From the NCBI RefSeq assembly GCF_964213995.1, contig NC_135830.1, positions 15,128,001 through 15,192,000 of the forward strand: a DNA stretch of 64,000 nucleotides. The letters are read 5' to 3'. The notes beneath the pieces were generated by a model that was given only the letters and a program-made list of their open reading frames with translations, searched no databases and was not told where the DNA came from. The position numbers and the translations under genes are program-made. Shown here in pieces: positions 48,087 to 60,769 of the stretch. Origin of the DNA: Mustelus asterias. Taxonomy: Eukaryota. Each line of letters begins with the position of its first letter. Position 1 is the first letter of the stretch.

Positions 48087-49265
48087 TCACTCGTGAACTC
48101 GCTGGTGTCTCAGCAGGTGGGATGAAACTCTGAATCCCTTCCCACACTGAGAGCAGGTGAATGGCCTCTCCCCAGTGTGAACTCGCTGGTGTGTCTGCAA
48201 GTTGGATGACTGAGTGAATCCCTTCCCACACTGAGAACAGTTGAATGGTCTCTCCCCAGTGTGAACTCGCTGGTGTCTCTGCAGGTGGGATGACTGAGTG
48301 AATCCCTTCCCACACTGAGAGCAGGTGAACGGCCTCTCCCCTGTGTGAACTCGCTGGTGTGTCCGCAGATCAGATGAGTTAGTGAATCCCTTCCCACACT
48401 GAGAGCAGATGAATGGTTTCTCCCCAGTGTGAACTCGCTGGTGTATTCGCAGGCTGGATAACAGAATGAATCCCTTCCCACACTGAGAGCAGGTGAACGG
48501 CCTCTCCCTTGTGTGACGTAGCTGGTGTCTCTGCAGGTCGGCTGACTGAGTGAATCTCTTCCCACACTGAGAGCAGGTGAACGGTCTCTCCCCAGTGTGA
48601 ACTCGTTCGTGTGTCCGCAGGATGGATGAGTTCGTGAATCCCTTCCCACACTGAGAACAGTTGAATGGCCTCTCCCCAGTGTGAACTCGTTGGTGTCTCT
48701 GCAGGAGGGATAACAGAATGAATCCCTTCCCACACTGAGAGCAGGTGAACGGCCTCTCTCCTGTGTGAACTTGCTGGTGTTTCTGCAAGCTGGATAACTG
48801 AATGAATCCCTTCCCACACTGAGAGCAGGTGAATGGTTTCTCCCCAGTGTGAACTCGCTGGTGTATCCGCAGGCTGGATAACAGAATGAATCCTTTCCCA
48901 CACTGAGAGCAGGTGAATGGCCTCTCCCCAGTGTGAACTCGTTCATGTGTCCGCAGGGTGGATAATTGAGTGAATCCCTTCCCACACTGAGAGCAGGTGA
49001 ACGGCCTCTCCCCAGTGTGAACTCGCTGGTGTCTCTGCAGGTCGGATAACTGACTGAATCCCTTCTCACATTGAGAGCAGGAAAATGGCCTCTCTCCAGT
49101 GTGAACTCGCTGGTGTCTCTGCAGGAGGGATAATCGAGTGAATCCCTTCCCACATTGAGAGCAGGTGAATGGTCTCTCCCCAGTGTGGCTGCGTCGATGA
49201 GCTTCCAGCTTAGATGGGGCTCTGTATCCCTTCCCACAGTCCCCACATTTCCATGGTTTCTCCAT
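48087..49265 (-). CDS. Tandem C2H2 zinc-finger protein ZF-7 (B-type), 14 fingers
   Basis: CACCATGG start at 49265; 14 fingers, mostly CSQC; 3' flank shared with ZF-4 and ZF-9. Confidence 0.9.
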   Translation of the reverse strand: MEKPWKCGDCGKGYRAPSKLEAHRRSHTGERPFTCSQCGKGFTRLSLLQRHQRVHTGERPFSCSQCEKGFSQLSDLQRHQRVHTGERPFTCSQCGKGFTQLSTLRTHERVHTGERPFTCSQCGKGFILLSSLRIHQRVHTGEKPFTCSQCGKGFIQLSSLQKHQQVHTGERPFTCSQCGKGFILLSLLQRHQRVHTGERPFNCSQCGKGFTNSSILRTHERVHTGERPFTCSQCGKRFTQSADLQRHQLRHTRERPFTCSQCGKGFILLSSLRIHQRVHTGEKPFICSQCGKGFTNSSDLRTHQRVHTGERPFTCSQCGKGFTQSSHLQRHQRVHTGERPFNCSQCGKGFTQSSNLQTHQRVHTGERPFTCSQCGKGFRVSSHLLRHQRVHE

Positions 49266-50173
49266 GGTGCAGGTGTCCTTACCTCTCTCTTGACTGGACA
49301 ATTAGTTGAAACTTCGCCCACACTCAGAACAAGATTACAGTCTCTCCCCGCTGTGAATGGTGTGATATTTATTCAGACTGTGTAACTGGTTAAAGCTCTT
49401 TAGTCAGTGCATTGGGACACTCTCATTCAAGTGTGGCAGTGTGTTGATGCTTTTTCACTCACACTGACATTTCAAATCTTTTCAAATCGACAGACTGGAC
49501 AATCATTTCTCCTTCTGGATTCAAAGTCCGATGATATTGAGGTCCCAAGGAATATGACTCTGTCACGTCTAGACATGACGTTTGAGATTTCGGCCTGTGA
49601 TTCCTCTTTCAATATCCTGTAAAACGAGTTTACAAAAGTCATCAGTGTCAGTACAGCATAGAAATTCAGAACAGACAATTTCTATGGAACATTCTTGCCT
49701 CTCTCATTCCCCAAAAGCTGTAAATCTCCATCCCACACACTGTCTCCCCATTCTCAGCAGGTCTGGCAGCATCTGTATGGAGAGAAAAGAACTGATGTTT
49801 CAGAGCTTTGACAAAGGGTCATCGAGACAAGAAACATCAGCTCTTGATGTAGGAAGAGAGATTCCTATTCGCTGATTCAGGCAGGCTCCATTGTGACGTC
49901 ACAATGCGGAAGTTGTCCAATGAGCTTCAGATTGAAACTTCCTCTTCTGGACAACATCTGGGAGGAAATCAATGTTTCCCCCTTTCCATTTCTTTTCTCA
50001 TTCTGGGGAAATTGGGGACTTGCAGCAACTGAAGGGAGTGAAGTGAATTCGGTCTGTATATTCCACACATTTTTACTCCAGTAATGTAGACATTTATTTG
50101 TCTGGCAGCCTGCATGGAAATTTTCAGCTCTCTGCATCCAGGGCAAGAAGCAGTGAGCATGGATCTGTCAATC

Positions 50174-50545
50174 ACACATGAGGACGGCCTCAACCGGGAT
50201 CTTGGGTTCATGTCACACTATCTGTAACTCACACTGTCTGTAACCCCCACAAATTGCCTGGGCTTGCAAAATCTCACTAACTGTCCTGGCTGGAGACAAT
50301 ACACATCTCTTTAACCTGTGCTTCACCCTCTCTCCACTCACATTGTCTGTACCTTTAAGACTTGATTACCTGTAAAGACTCACATTCCAACCATTATTTT
50401 GTAAATTGAGTTTGTGTCTCTGTGCCCTGTTTGTGAATAGAACTCCCACTCACCTGATGAAGAGCAGCGCTCCAAAATCCTGTGGCTTATGCCAGCAAAT
50501 TAACCTGTTGGATTTTAACCTGGTGTTGTGAGATTACTTACTGTC
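50174..50545 (+). mobile_element. Penelope-like element 3' end with a degenerate hammerhead
   Basis: THEDGLNRDLGFMSHYL* (C-terminus after GIY-YIG), then cacctgatgaagagcagcgctccaaaa. Confidence 0.75.
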
Positions 50546-50671
50546 TGAGGCTGAAACAGGCTGTTCACAACCAGGGTGAAATAGTTCATCCCAATATGAG
50601 CTTCCAACCACGTCCACATCATCATCAAGACCACCTTCATTCAAAGTAATTAATTAATTAACAGTAATGAA

Positions 50672-50972
50672 TCATAAAATACATTGTAGGAGGAGGCCAT
50701 TCAGCCCATCGAGCCTGCACCGACAACAATCCCATCCAGGCCCTATCCACATATTTACCTGTTAATCCCCCTGATGCCAAGGGTTAATTTATCATGGCCA
50801 ATCTGTCTAACCTGCACATCTTTGGACTGTGGAAGGAAACCGGAACACCCGGAGGAAACCCACACAGACACGGGGAGAATGTAGAAACTCTGCACAGACA
50901 GCGACCCGAGGCTGGAATTGAACCCGGGTCCCTGGCGCTGTTAGGCAGCTGCGCTAACCACTGCGCCACCGG
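50672..50972 (-). mobile_element. HE1/V-SINE
   Basis: Full-length copy on the minus strand. Confidence 0.88.
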
Positions 50973-51026
50973 GTCACATGTCAGTGCCATCGCCCGACTC
51001 CAGCCCAGTCTCAGCTCATCTGGAAC

Positions 51027-51191
51027 CCTCACCCATTCCATTGTGACATCACACTCTCACCCATTCCATTGTGACGTCACACTCTCACCCATTCCATTGT
51101 GACATCACACTCTCACCCATTCCATTGTGACCTCACACTCCCACCCATTCCATTGTGACCTCACACTCTCACCCATTCCATTGTGACGTCA
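51027..51191. repeat. 28-bp CRE minisatellite, 6 units (inverted paralog of 23293-23452)
   Basis: Octamers TGACATCA, TGACGTCA, TGACATCA, TGACCTCA, TGACCTCA, TGACGTCA at 28-bp spacing. Confidence 0.92.
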
Positions 51192-51620
51192 GGGCTTCAC
51201 TCTCCGATCACAATCCCTGCCGGCCTCCCACATGCAGCCTCAATGGCGGCAGTCAGCCCGGGTCTAACACCACAAGCTGCCGCTCCATTTGGTACAAAGG
51301 GGGGGACCGGGAAGTTCATTTCCGGGGTTTGGGGTTGATCAACATGTTTACAAAGCCTCTCCACCCACCCGCCACATTTATCATTCCTCGCACGCCGCCC
51401 TCTACCTCGGATTGATCTCGCTACCGAGTTAAAACCGTCCATCCGTCGTCATTACCCGCACTGCGCATGCTACAGGCCCCGCCTCTCATTCACTCCGATT
51501 GGTTGGAGGACCAGCCGCTCCCGCTCGGTCCTCCAGTCCGGCCCCCTCTTCCTATTGGTCCGGAGCTGCCGTCAATCAGTGCCCGGGCATTGTGATGTGG
51601 AGCATGCGCAGTGTCATTGC
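51192..51620. promoter_or_regulatory. CpG-island promoter between divergent ZF-7 and ZF-8
   Basis: ETS pair ccgggaagttcatttccgg, actgcgcatgc, two inverted CCAAT boxes, and gcatgcgcagt. Confidence 0.65.
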
Positions 51621-52601
51621 TGTCCTTGGCGCTTGTTTGTCCCGGAGAAGCGGAGTCAGCGTTAGGCGGTGGCTGGGAGGATTTGGAAACACTTTGTGGA
51701 TCCGCAAACCCTTCAGAATCATTGTCAGCTCCCTGGTTTGCAGCTGCGGGGCTTCTCCCTCCCTCCCTCCCGGGAACAGGCCCAGGTTAACGGCCCCATC
51801 CTGGCTCAGCCACTGGAGGATGGTTCACATCAGAGGATGGGGGAGGGGGACAATAAATAAGAGGTTACACTTTGACCTCAAATCAATGAGGACTCTGATC
51901 TCTGGGAAGGAAGGAAACCCTGGGAGGTGGGCGGGGAGGATTCACAAACACCCGCTGGAGGCCCCAACACCCCCAATAAGACCCATTGGTTTTATTGTCA
52001 GTCTGCAGACAGGAGCTGGAGAACTGAACCCAGACAGAGGAGAGGGAGGGAGAAAACTGGGAGTGGAGGAAAGAAATGGTGAGATGGGTTTGGATTTCAG
52101 CGCAGGGAGGAGGGAGAGTGTGTGGGACGGAGATTTACAGATTTGGGGGAACAAGAAAGGAAAAAATGTTCCAGAAAGACTAGAATTGTTCAGAGTTTCT
52201 ATCCTGTTCTGACAGTGATGACTTTTCTAAACTGTTTTTACAGGATATTCAAAGTGAAGGAATGGCAGACAGAAAACTCAAACCGAACATCACATCTGAC
52301 AAAGTCATTCAGTTCCTTCGGAGCTGAATATGATCGGTCTTTGAATATGGAAGGAGCAATATTTGTCTGTTCTGCCTGCGGGCAAAGAAATTAAACATCA
52401 GTGTGACCAGAAAAGCAGCAGGACAAACACACACCCGAGTGAGAGTGTTCCAGTGAACCGACTGTGGAAAGAGCTTTAACCAGTTACACAGCCTGAAAAA
52501 AAATCACAGTTCACAGCAGGGTGAAACTACGTGTATGTTGTGTGTGTGGATGAGGCTTGAACTGATCATCCAACCTGGAGAAACACAAGGGCACCAGCAC
52601 C

Positions 52602-53750
52602 ATGGAGAAACAGTGGAAATGTGTGGATTGTGGGAAAGGAATCAGTTTCCCATCACAACTGGAAGTTCATCAGCGCAGTCACACTGGGGAGAGACCGTTC
52701 ACCTGCTCTGTTTGTGGGAAGGGATTCACCCATTCATACAACCTTCTGACTCACCAACGGGTTCACACTGGGGAGAGGCCGTTCACCTGCCCTGTGTGTG
52801 GGAAGGGATTCACTCGCTCATCCCACATTGTGACACACCAACTTGTTCACACTGATGAGAGACTGTCTCCATGTTCTGACTGTGGGAAGAGTTTTAAATG
52901 CAAAAAAGATCTGCTGACGCACCAACGTATTCACACTGGGGAGAGACCGTTCACCTGCTGTGTGTGTGGGAAAGGATTCATTCAGTCATCCCACTTGCAG
53001 ACACATCAACTTGTTCACTCTGATAACAAACTTTTTAATTGTTCCCACTGTGAGAAGAGCTTTAAAAATAAAAAAGATCTGCTGACGCACCAATATACTC
53101 ACACTGGGGAGAGGCCATTCACCTGCTGTGTGTGTGGGAAGGGATTCAGCCATCCATCTGCCCTATTGAACCACCAGAGAATTCACACTAGGGAGAGGCC
53201 CTTCACCTGCTCAGACTGTGGGATGGGATTCATTAATTCATCCAACCTTCTGATACACCAGCAACTCCACACAGGGGATCGACCGTTCACCTGCTCTGAA
53301 TGTGGGAAGGGATTCACCCGTTCATACAACCTTCTGACACAGCAGCAGGTTCACAGTGAGGAGAGGCCATTCACTTGCTCCGTATGTGGGAAGGGATTCA
53401 CTCGTTCATCCAACCTATTGAATCACCAGCGAGTTCACACTGGGGAGAGGCCGTTCACCTGCTCCATGTGTGGGAAGGGATTCAGTCAGTCATCCAACCT
53501 GCTGACACATCAGAGAGTTCACAGTGGGGAGAGGCCATTTACCTGCTCTGTCTGTGGGAAGGGATTTTCTCATTTCTCTTATCTTCTGAAACACCAGCGA
53601 GTTCACACTGGGGAGAGGCCGTTCACCTGTAATGTCTGTGGAAAGGGATTTGTTCAGTCATCCCACCTGCTAACACACCGGCGAGTTCACAAGGGACTGC
53701 AAGGTTTGGATTCTACACTTATCGATGCTGTTAATCATATCCAGGTCTGA
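52602..53750 (+). CDS. Tandem C2H2 zinc-finger protein ZF-8 (A-type), 13 fingers (finger 9 lacks its first His)
   Basis: CACCATGG start; 13 repeats; LLTQQQVH in finger 9. Confidence 0.9.
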   Translation: MEKQWKCVDCGKGISFPSQLEVHQRSHTGERPFTCSVCGKGFTHSYNLLTHQRVHTGERPFTCPVCGKGFTRSSHIVTHQLVHTDERLSPCSDCGKSFKCKKDLLTHQRIHTGERPFTCCVCGKGFIQSSHLQTHQLVHSDNKLFNCSHCEKSFKNKKDLLTHQYTHTGERPFTCCVCGKGFSHPSALLNHQRIHTRERPFTCSDCGMGFINSSNLLIHQQLHTGDRPFTCSECGKGFTRSYNLLTQQQVHSEERPFTCSVCGKGFTRSSNLLNHQRVHTGERPFTCSMCGKGFSQSSNLLTHQRVHSGERPFTCSVCGKGFSHFSYLLKHQRVHTGERPFTCNVCGKGFVQSSHLLTHRRVHKGLQGLDSTLIDAVNHIQV

Positions 53751-54654
53751 ATCATCTTCACTCTGACTTTTTTCTTCTGTTGAGGTTTGATATTCTGAAT
53801 AAATGTGAAATAGACATTTGATTGAATCATTGTTGTAGATTTTTGTCTTTTTCATTTGAGTGTTTAACGTCACCAGGCTGGAGCTCAGAAAGGGCAATCT
53901 GAGGGAGGATCACACAGTAGGAACAGAACTTCATTCTTGACCCAGTCCTTCAGGGTCACGCTGAGAGGGACAAACAGCACTTTGGTCTTTTTCGTCACTT
54001 TTCACTGACAGCAAAGTCCCCGTGTGGGTGAATCCTGAGGTGTGTAAGAAATGTGTCCCAGTCGTTCTTTTCCATGGTTCCGAGCTCCGAGACACGGAAC
54101 AGAAGCTCTTTTACAACTGTGTTTAGAGTTAGGAAGAACAATGGTGAATGCTGGAAACGTGCTGTCAAAGATTGGTGTAAAACTGGGATCTATTCCTGAC
54201 TGAGAGTGAAACGGCAGGTTTAGGTTTCCAGACTAAAAATGCAAAAAAGTCTAAAACATTTTAATGTGTGTGTGTGTCAGTCCTGGTTTATTGAACAGAA
54301 ACTGGCTTAAAATAAATTGGTTGAAGTCTGCATCAAAGTAGCAGCTGGAGACGTTCAAAGGAGCCTGTTAACTGCTGGGACAATTAGACAACAATTTGAT
54401 TCCCAGATAGAGAAGGAGCTGCAGTGTGGATCCAAAAATTCTCAGTTTTGTTGTGTGCTTCCCATACACTATCCTTTTAAATAAACCTCGCTCCTATCAG
54501 CCTTTAACCATTAGAAACAGAACAGAGAGAAGCTGAGCAGCAACAGAGCCCTGACTGACCATTTAAGAATGAGTGATGTGTTCAGCTGAAGTTTCCTGTT
54601 GGTAGTTTTTTGGGTGATCTTATTTTGATCATTCTCAGTGACCCCTGGGTGTGA

Positions 54655-55150
54655 ACCTGCTCTCCTCTCTTTCAGACATTCACTCACTTAGCATCTCCTC
54701 TCCCTCAGAAACTCAATCACTTAACATCTCTCATCTCTCTCACACTCACTGAACATCTCTCTTTCTCTCCAGGCATTCACTCACACTTACCTTACCTTCC
54801 ACCTCTCTTACACTCTAACCTCGCTCCTCTCTCACATTCACTTCACCTCTCTCCTCTCAGAAACTGTCTTCATCACTTAATGTCTCTCTATCTTTCTTTC
54901 AAACACTCACTCGTTTAACCTTCCTATTTCAGATCTGCTTAAACTTATTCATTGTTTTCTCTCTCTCATTACCTCTCTCTGAAAAAGCACAAACACACTT
55001 CATCTCTCTTCGCTGTCTGAGAAAACATCTAATTGATGGAGATTCAATCCTCTCTGTTTCTCTCTCCCACTTCCTCTGACAGGCCCTGACTCACTTTAAA
55101 TCTCCTCTTTTCTAATAACCCTCTTTGGGAAAACTCATTTGTTCTCTAAT
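54655..55150. repeat. Pyrimidine-rich low-complexity tract
   Basis: Degenerate ctcactcacttaacatctctc-like units. Confidence 0.6.
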
Positions 55151-57269
55151 TCCTCCTCATTTCTCCCAGTGATGACCCTCAGTCCATCTCCCAATTCAGT
55201 GAATGTGTTAAAAGTCCAAATAATCTCCTTTATTGTTTAAAATGGGAATGGAGATGAATATACTGCTGAGACTGGCAGCAATCTGTGTGGTTGTTCTTGA
55301 TGCTGTCAGAGTGAGTTCACCCTCACAGGCAGGAAGACTGTTCATGGTGATAACATCAAACTGACGCCGGCTGTTTCATTCTCAGGTATCACAACTTCCT
55401 GTTTCTCTGCTGCCGGTTCCAAACCTCACATCTCACTTCTGAGCAGAAAATAAATCCAGGGACCACAATCTGGTGAGAACATCTGTCAATGCGGCCGATA
55501 TCTGTCCACAGAGTCAGGGCAGAGTCTCACAGGTCACATTGTGGTGACATTTACAAATGAGCCTGTTATTTCTATTCAGAGTTTCCATTCTCAGATATAA
55601 CCAGCTGTGTCTGTGGATCAGTTACTGAGTTCCCTCTGCTTCCCATAGCTGGGAACTGATAGCCTGCTCCCTTACATACAGAGCATTCTCTCTGTATTGC
55701 TTGTTTCCTCTGATTCTCAGCTTTTATCTTTGACCTTCCTCATCTTTCTGCTTTTTAAATCTTTCTCAATTTTTCTCTGTCTTTCTGTCTCTCCCTTCCT
55801 CTGTATCTCTCTCAGGCTTTGTGTGTTCCTATTTAATCGAGCTGTTCAAAATCATGAAGAGTTTCTGATTGATTTTCGAAGGAAAAACAGGGAGAGAAGC
55901 AGAAAAACCCGGCAGATCCGGCGGCATCTGTTCAGAGAGAAACAGTTAACATTTTGAGTCCATATAATTCTTCAGGGCAGGAAAAACATGGGTTATCCAC
56001 CTTAGATCAGGGAATGTAATGGGGAGAGGTGTTTAAAATGACAAATGATTTATGATAGTGTCAATGGAGAGAAATTATCTCCCAGGAGCACGAGGGTTTG
56101 TCGATGGAGAGAATCTATTTCCCCGGTGCAGGAGGGTCTGTAAGCAGAGGACACAGAGATTTAACTTAATTGACAACAGAACTGGAGGGGGTGATAAGGA
56201 GAATGTTTTACACAATAACTTGATATGATCTGGAATGCACAAACTGACAGGTGCTCGAAGCAGGTTTAGTAGTACCTTTCAAAGGGAATTGGATAAATAC
56301 TTGCAGAAGGTAAATTGGCAGAGTTATGGTGAATGGGATTAATTGGACAGTTCACTCATCTTTGTGACATTCTGAATGTTTCTCTCCGAAGGTTTTAATA
56401 TTTGATCTTTTCGGTCATAATGTGTCTCAAACAGAAGATTTAAACATTGGGTTTGATGAGCTGTCAGATCTCTTTCCTGTGTGTCTCTGTAACTTGCGAA
56501 CTGGAGATAACCATGAGAAGGAACTGATTATTTTCAGTTCCTCTAACAGATTCCCCTCAGATATCAGGAATCCCTGGAGTTCCCCATATCCTCATTATTC
56601 TCGCCTCGAGTATAACAGCTCTCAGTCAGGCCGAGTCAGTCACATGTGTCTCTGTCATGATGTTTCCACTTGTATTTTATCACTCACCTCCCAGTGACAC
56701 TCACCATAACACAGACACCGTAAAATATCATTGTTCCCTTACACTTTGTCCTCCTATTATAATCAAATGTTTGTTGGGCCTCTTGTCTCCCTTAATGTCA
56801 GATTACCTGCAGTTAAAATGACCTCAGAGACACTGAAACCGACCTTTGTGATTATTATACCAGACTCCAATCAGCCCCAGGAGCTGCAGTTGTAAAATAC
56901 AGCAGAATTGGAATAACAGACAGGTTATTGTCTGATACTGACAGTGGCAGAGTAACACACACCGGAATCTAAATACATTATATCAATGGACCACGACTCA
57001 CTCACACTATCAAATGAAACTTAAACTTTGGTTATGGTGCACGAGATACTGACTGTATTACCATTACATTGGATCAAATGCTGTGTTCACTAACATACTG
57101 CAACGTGACTCTTATTATTTGAACAAGCATTGTATTTGTTACACTCAGAGTAAGTCAGTGCTTTGCTGTGTTGTCTCTGTGCTCCATCCCCACTCTGATT
57201 GTATTGGAGCCTGTGTGTGTCATTGTTACACTGAGACTCTGTCACTGTGATTATTGGACAAGCAGCAAG

Positions 57270-57700
57270 TCACCGTCACAATGCCCGGCTGATTGACGGC
57301 AGCGTGGACCAATGGGAAGAGGGGGCAGAGCTGGAGGCCCGATCAGGAGCGGTTGGTCCTCCAACCATTAGGAGCAAACGAGGGGCGGGGCCAACTTTGA
57401 CTCGAGCATGCGCAGTGTGAGTAAAGGCGATGGAAAACGGTTATTTTGGGCTCGGAAATCTGTTCGAGGTGATTGGCGGTACGGAGAGAGCAATGGATCG
57501 TCCAGGTGGGTGGAAACGCTGCGTAAGCATGTTGTGAGAGTCGCAAAATGCGGAAGAGAGCTTCCCGGACCCAGTTTGCACCGAGCGGGGCTGCAGCTCC
57601 TCATGTTCGTTTCGGGTTAACGTTCGCCATCTTTATTGGGGGCAATATGCAGCAGTGCGCACGTGTGGCCGCCATGTTTGTAGAGGGCAATGTTGTCAAT
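57270..57700 (+). promoter_or_regulatory. CpG-rich promoter, probably of ZF-9
   Basis: Homologous to the ETS-side orientation of the copy A promoter (22890-23020); ggggcgggg, gcatgcgcagt and a YY1-like gccgccatg. Confidence 0.55.
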
Positions 57701-58029
57701 CAGTGGGAGGAGCTTGTTCCCCAGTGTTCAGAATGGAGACAACTTGTCCATCAAACTGCATCAACCCTCTGAGTCCCAATGTCTTATTGATGAGGCAGAG
57801 CGGTGACAGAGAAGGAAAAAGAAAGGGAAAGTAAAACAGTAAATGCTGGAAAATCTCAGCAGATCTGACAGCATCTGTGGAGAGAGAATAGAACCAACGT
57901 TTCGAGACTGGATGACCCATAGTCAGAGCTTGTACACGTGTAAACAGAGCATGTAAACTTTGACACCTCCATGTACCCTTGTACACCTCTATCAATCTAC
58001 TTTGCTCCAAGGAGAACAAGTTATCCAGC

Positions 58030-58398
58030 CTAACATTGAGGTGTATAAAATTCTGAGGGGCACAGATAGGGGGGACAGGAAGGAACTTTTCTCTTTAGTA
58101 GAGAGGTCAATAACCAGGGGCCTGGATTTAAGTTCAGGGGCAGTAGGTTTATAGGAGATGTGAGGGAAAGCTTTTTCACTCAGACGGTGGTGGGAATCTG
58201 GAACTCACTGCCTGAAAGGGTGGTAGAGGTGGGAATCATCATCACATTTAAGAAGAATTTAGATAAGCTCTTGCAATGCCATAGTATGGAAGGTTACACA
58301 TCAAGTGTGGAAAATGGGATTAGAATAGAACGGTGCTTGATGGCCGGCACAAACACGATGGGCCGAAGGGCCTCTTTCCATGCTGTAAAACTCTATTG
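58030..58398 (+). mobile_element. CR1 3' fragment
   Basis: IEVYKILRG..FFTQTVVGIWNSLPERVVE. Confidence 0.8.
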
Positions 58399-59145
58399 AT
58401 CACCCACGTTGGCAGCAAGTTCAATATCATCATCAGTCACAACCCCCCTGTATCTTCACTAACTGAAACAATCCATTTAAAACATTTTTATCGAGAATGT
58501 AGCCATATTTCTTTTGGACTGGCAGCCTGCATGGAGACTTTCAGCTCTCTGTGTCCAGGACAGGAAACCGTGAGCATGGATCTGTCAATCAGCCTCAATC
58601 AGCATCTTCAGGAGAATTGGGAGGGTGAATATTAGATACAGCAGAGTGAGAATGGAGGGAGAGTGTGTGGGATGGAGATTCACAGCTTTTGGGGAATGAG
58701 AGAGGAAAGAATGTTCCATGGAAACTAGAATTGTCTGTTCTGAATTTCTATCCTGTACTGACTGTGATGAATTTTGTAAATTGTTTTTACAGGATATTAG
58801 AAGAGGAATCACACTGATAAATCTCAACTATCACATCTCGATCTGACAGAGTCACTCGATTCCTTGGATACTAAATATCCTCAGCCTCTGAATGGGAAGG
58901 AGAAATGTTTGACCGGTCTGTCCACTGCAAGATTTTAAGCAACAGTGTGACTGGAAAAACACCGGGACACAAACACACACCTGAGTGAGAGTGTTCCAGT
59001 GCACTGACAGTGGAAAGAGCTTTAACCAGTTACACAGCCTGAAAATACATTGCAGCATTCACAGCAAGGAGAGACTGTACACGTGTTCTCTGTGTGGACA
59101 AGGCTTCAAATGATTGACCTGCAATGATACAAGGAGACCGACAAT

Positions 59146-60072
59146 ATGGAAAAACCGTGGAAATGTGAGGACTGTGGGAAGAGATACAAAGCGCCCTCTC
59201 TACTGGAAGCTCATCGGCGCAGCCACACTGGGGAGAGGCCGTTCACCTGCTGGGTGTGTGGGAAGGGATTCACTGATTCATCCACTCTGCAGAGACACCA
59301 GCAAGTTCACACTGGTGAGAGTGCATTCACCTGCTGTCAGTGTGGGAAGGGATTTACTCAGATATCAAGCCTGCGGACACACCAGCGAGTTCACACTGGG
59401 GAGAGGCCATTCACCTGCTCTCAGTGTGGGAAGGGATTCACTGAGTCATCCAACCTACAGAGACACCAGCGTGTTCACACAGGAGAGAGGCCATTCAGCT
59501 GCTCTGCATGTGGGAAAAGATTCACTCAGTTATCTCAACTGCGGGCACACCAGCGAGTTCACACTGGGGAGAGACCGTTCACCTGCTCTCAGTGTGGGAA
59601 GGGATTCACCCAGTTATCCAACCTGCAGACACACCAGCGAGATCACACTGGGGAGAGGCCATACAGCTGCTTTCAGTGTGGGAAGGGATTCATTCATTTA
59701 TCAAACCTGCAGACACACCAGCAAGTTCACACCGGGGAGAGGCCATTTACCTGCGCCGTGTGTGGGAAGGGATTCACTCGGTTATCCACCCTGCAGTCAC
59801 ACCAGCGAGTTCACACTGGGGAGAGGCCATTCACCTGCTCTCAGTGTGGAAAGGGATTCACTCAGTTATCTAATCTGCGGAGACACCAGCGAGTTCACTC
59901 TCAAGAGAGGTCGTTCACCTGCCCCGTGTGTGGGAAGGGATTCACTCGGTTATCCACCCTGCAATCACACCAGCGAGTTCACACCGAGGAGAGACCATTC
60001 ACCTGCTCTCAGTGTGGGAAGGAGTTCTGTGATTCATCCACCCTGCTGACACACCAACAAGTTCACAAGTGA
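59146..60072 (+). CDS. Tandem C2H2 zinc-finger protein ZF-9 (B-related), 11 fingers
   Basis: MEKPWKC start; 11 fingers; acceptor ttttacag|GATATT at ~58792. Confidence 0.9.
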   Translation: MEKPWKCEDCGKRYKAPSLLEAHRRSHTGERPFTCWVCGKGFTDSSTLQRHQQVHTGESAFTCCQCGKGFTQISSLRTHQRVHTGERPFTCSQCGKGFTESSNLQRHQRVHTGERPFSCSACGKRFTQLSQLRAHQRVHTGERPFTCSQCGKGFTQLSNLQTHQRDHTGERPYSCFQCGKGFIHLSNLQTHQQVHTGERPFTCAVCGKGFTRLSTLQSHQRVHTGERPFTCSQCGKGFTQLSNLRRHQRVHSQERSFTCPVCGKGFTRLSTLQSHQRVHTEERPFTCSQCGKEFCDSSTLLTHQQVHK

Positions 60073-60769
60073 ATATGGGGATTAGATTCTGCTGTTATTG
60101 TTTCTGCTCTCAATTACATCCAGGACTGCATTTTGTTCATTCTTGGCCAATGGGGAGGGTCGGAGGGTTTCTTTCTGCTGGACTGGCCGGTCTCATGACT
60201 TTGCCTCCAGTGGGCTGATGCTCTTCGAGTCTTGTTGCGAATCCCTGGTTTCAGATTTCACAAGGATCACAGAGTAAGACGGTGTTAGGAAATTCAGAGA
60301 TATTTCGTCAGCATTTATTTTTGAAATCCCCCAAATGCCCCATCCAATTTCCTTTGTAATTGTTTATTGTCTCCACTTCCCTCACCCTCGTAGGCAGCGA
60401 GTTCCAGGTCATTACCATTCGCTGCATCAAAATATTCTCCCTCACATCTCTCCCTGCATATCTGACCCAAAATCTTCAATCAATGTCCCCCTCGTCCTTG
60501 TCCCATCAGCGAATGGGAACAGCTTTTCTTTGTCCACCTTATCTAAACCTGTAAGAATCTTGTCTACCTCTATCAAATCTCCCCTCAACCTCCTTTGCTC
60601 CAAGGGGAACAACCCCAGCCTGACATCGACAATAAAGAACAAACTAACAGAATACGTTAATACCTGAAATTAACTGTGGAGGTCGAATTTCTGTTTTGAA
60701 AATATTGCAAACATATTGTCCTGGACAATAAAGGAATTTGAATAACTCACCTTGAATGTGGGTGAAATG

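Larger units (their letters stand above)
51027..54404 (+). repeat. Segmental duplication copy C
   Basis: Near-identical to copies A and B. Confidence 0.9.

Noticed and set aside
48110-49321. Long alternative-frame ORFs over zinc-finger arrays (also 59114-60049 and 28008-28463)
   Set aside because: Typical stop-free shadow frames of repetitive C2H2 arrays, with non-ATG starts.
55242-55480. Signal-peptide-like exon MGMEMNILLRLAAICVVVLDAVR|gtgagt with an acceptor at 55385
   Set aside because: Phase-0 junction, unlike Ig/TCR leaders. All downstream frames stop quickly and no Ig domain follows.
57010-57280. J-segment-like fragments (TTTGGTTATGGT..CTGACTGTATTACCA; CACTGTG..TATTGG..GTCACCGTCACA)
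   Set aside because: They need frameshifts to read FGxGT/WGxG, have no properly spaced nonamer or splice donor, and part of the sequence belongs to the ZF promoter.
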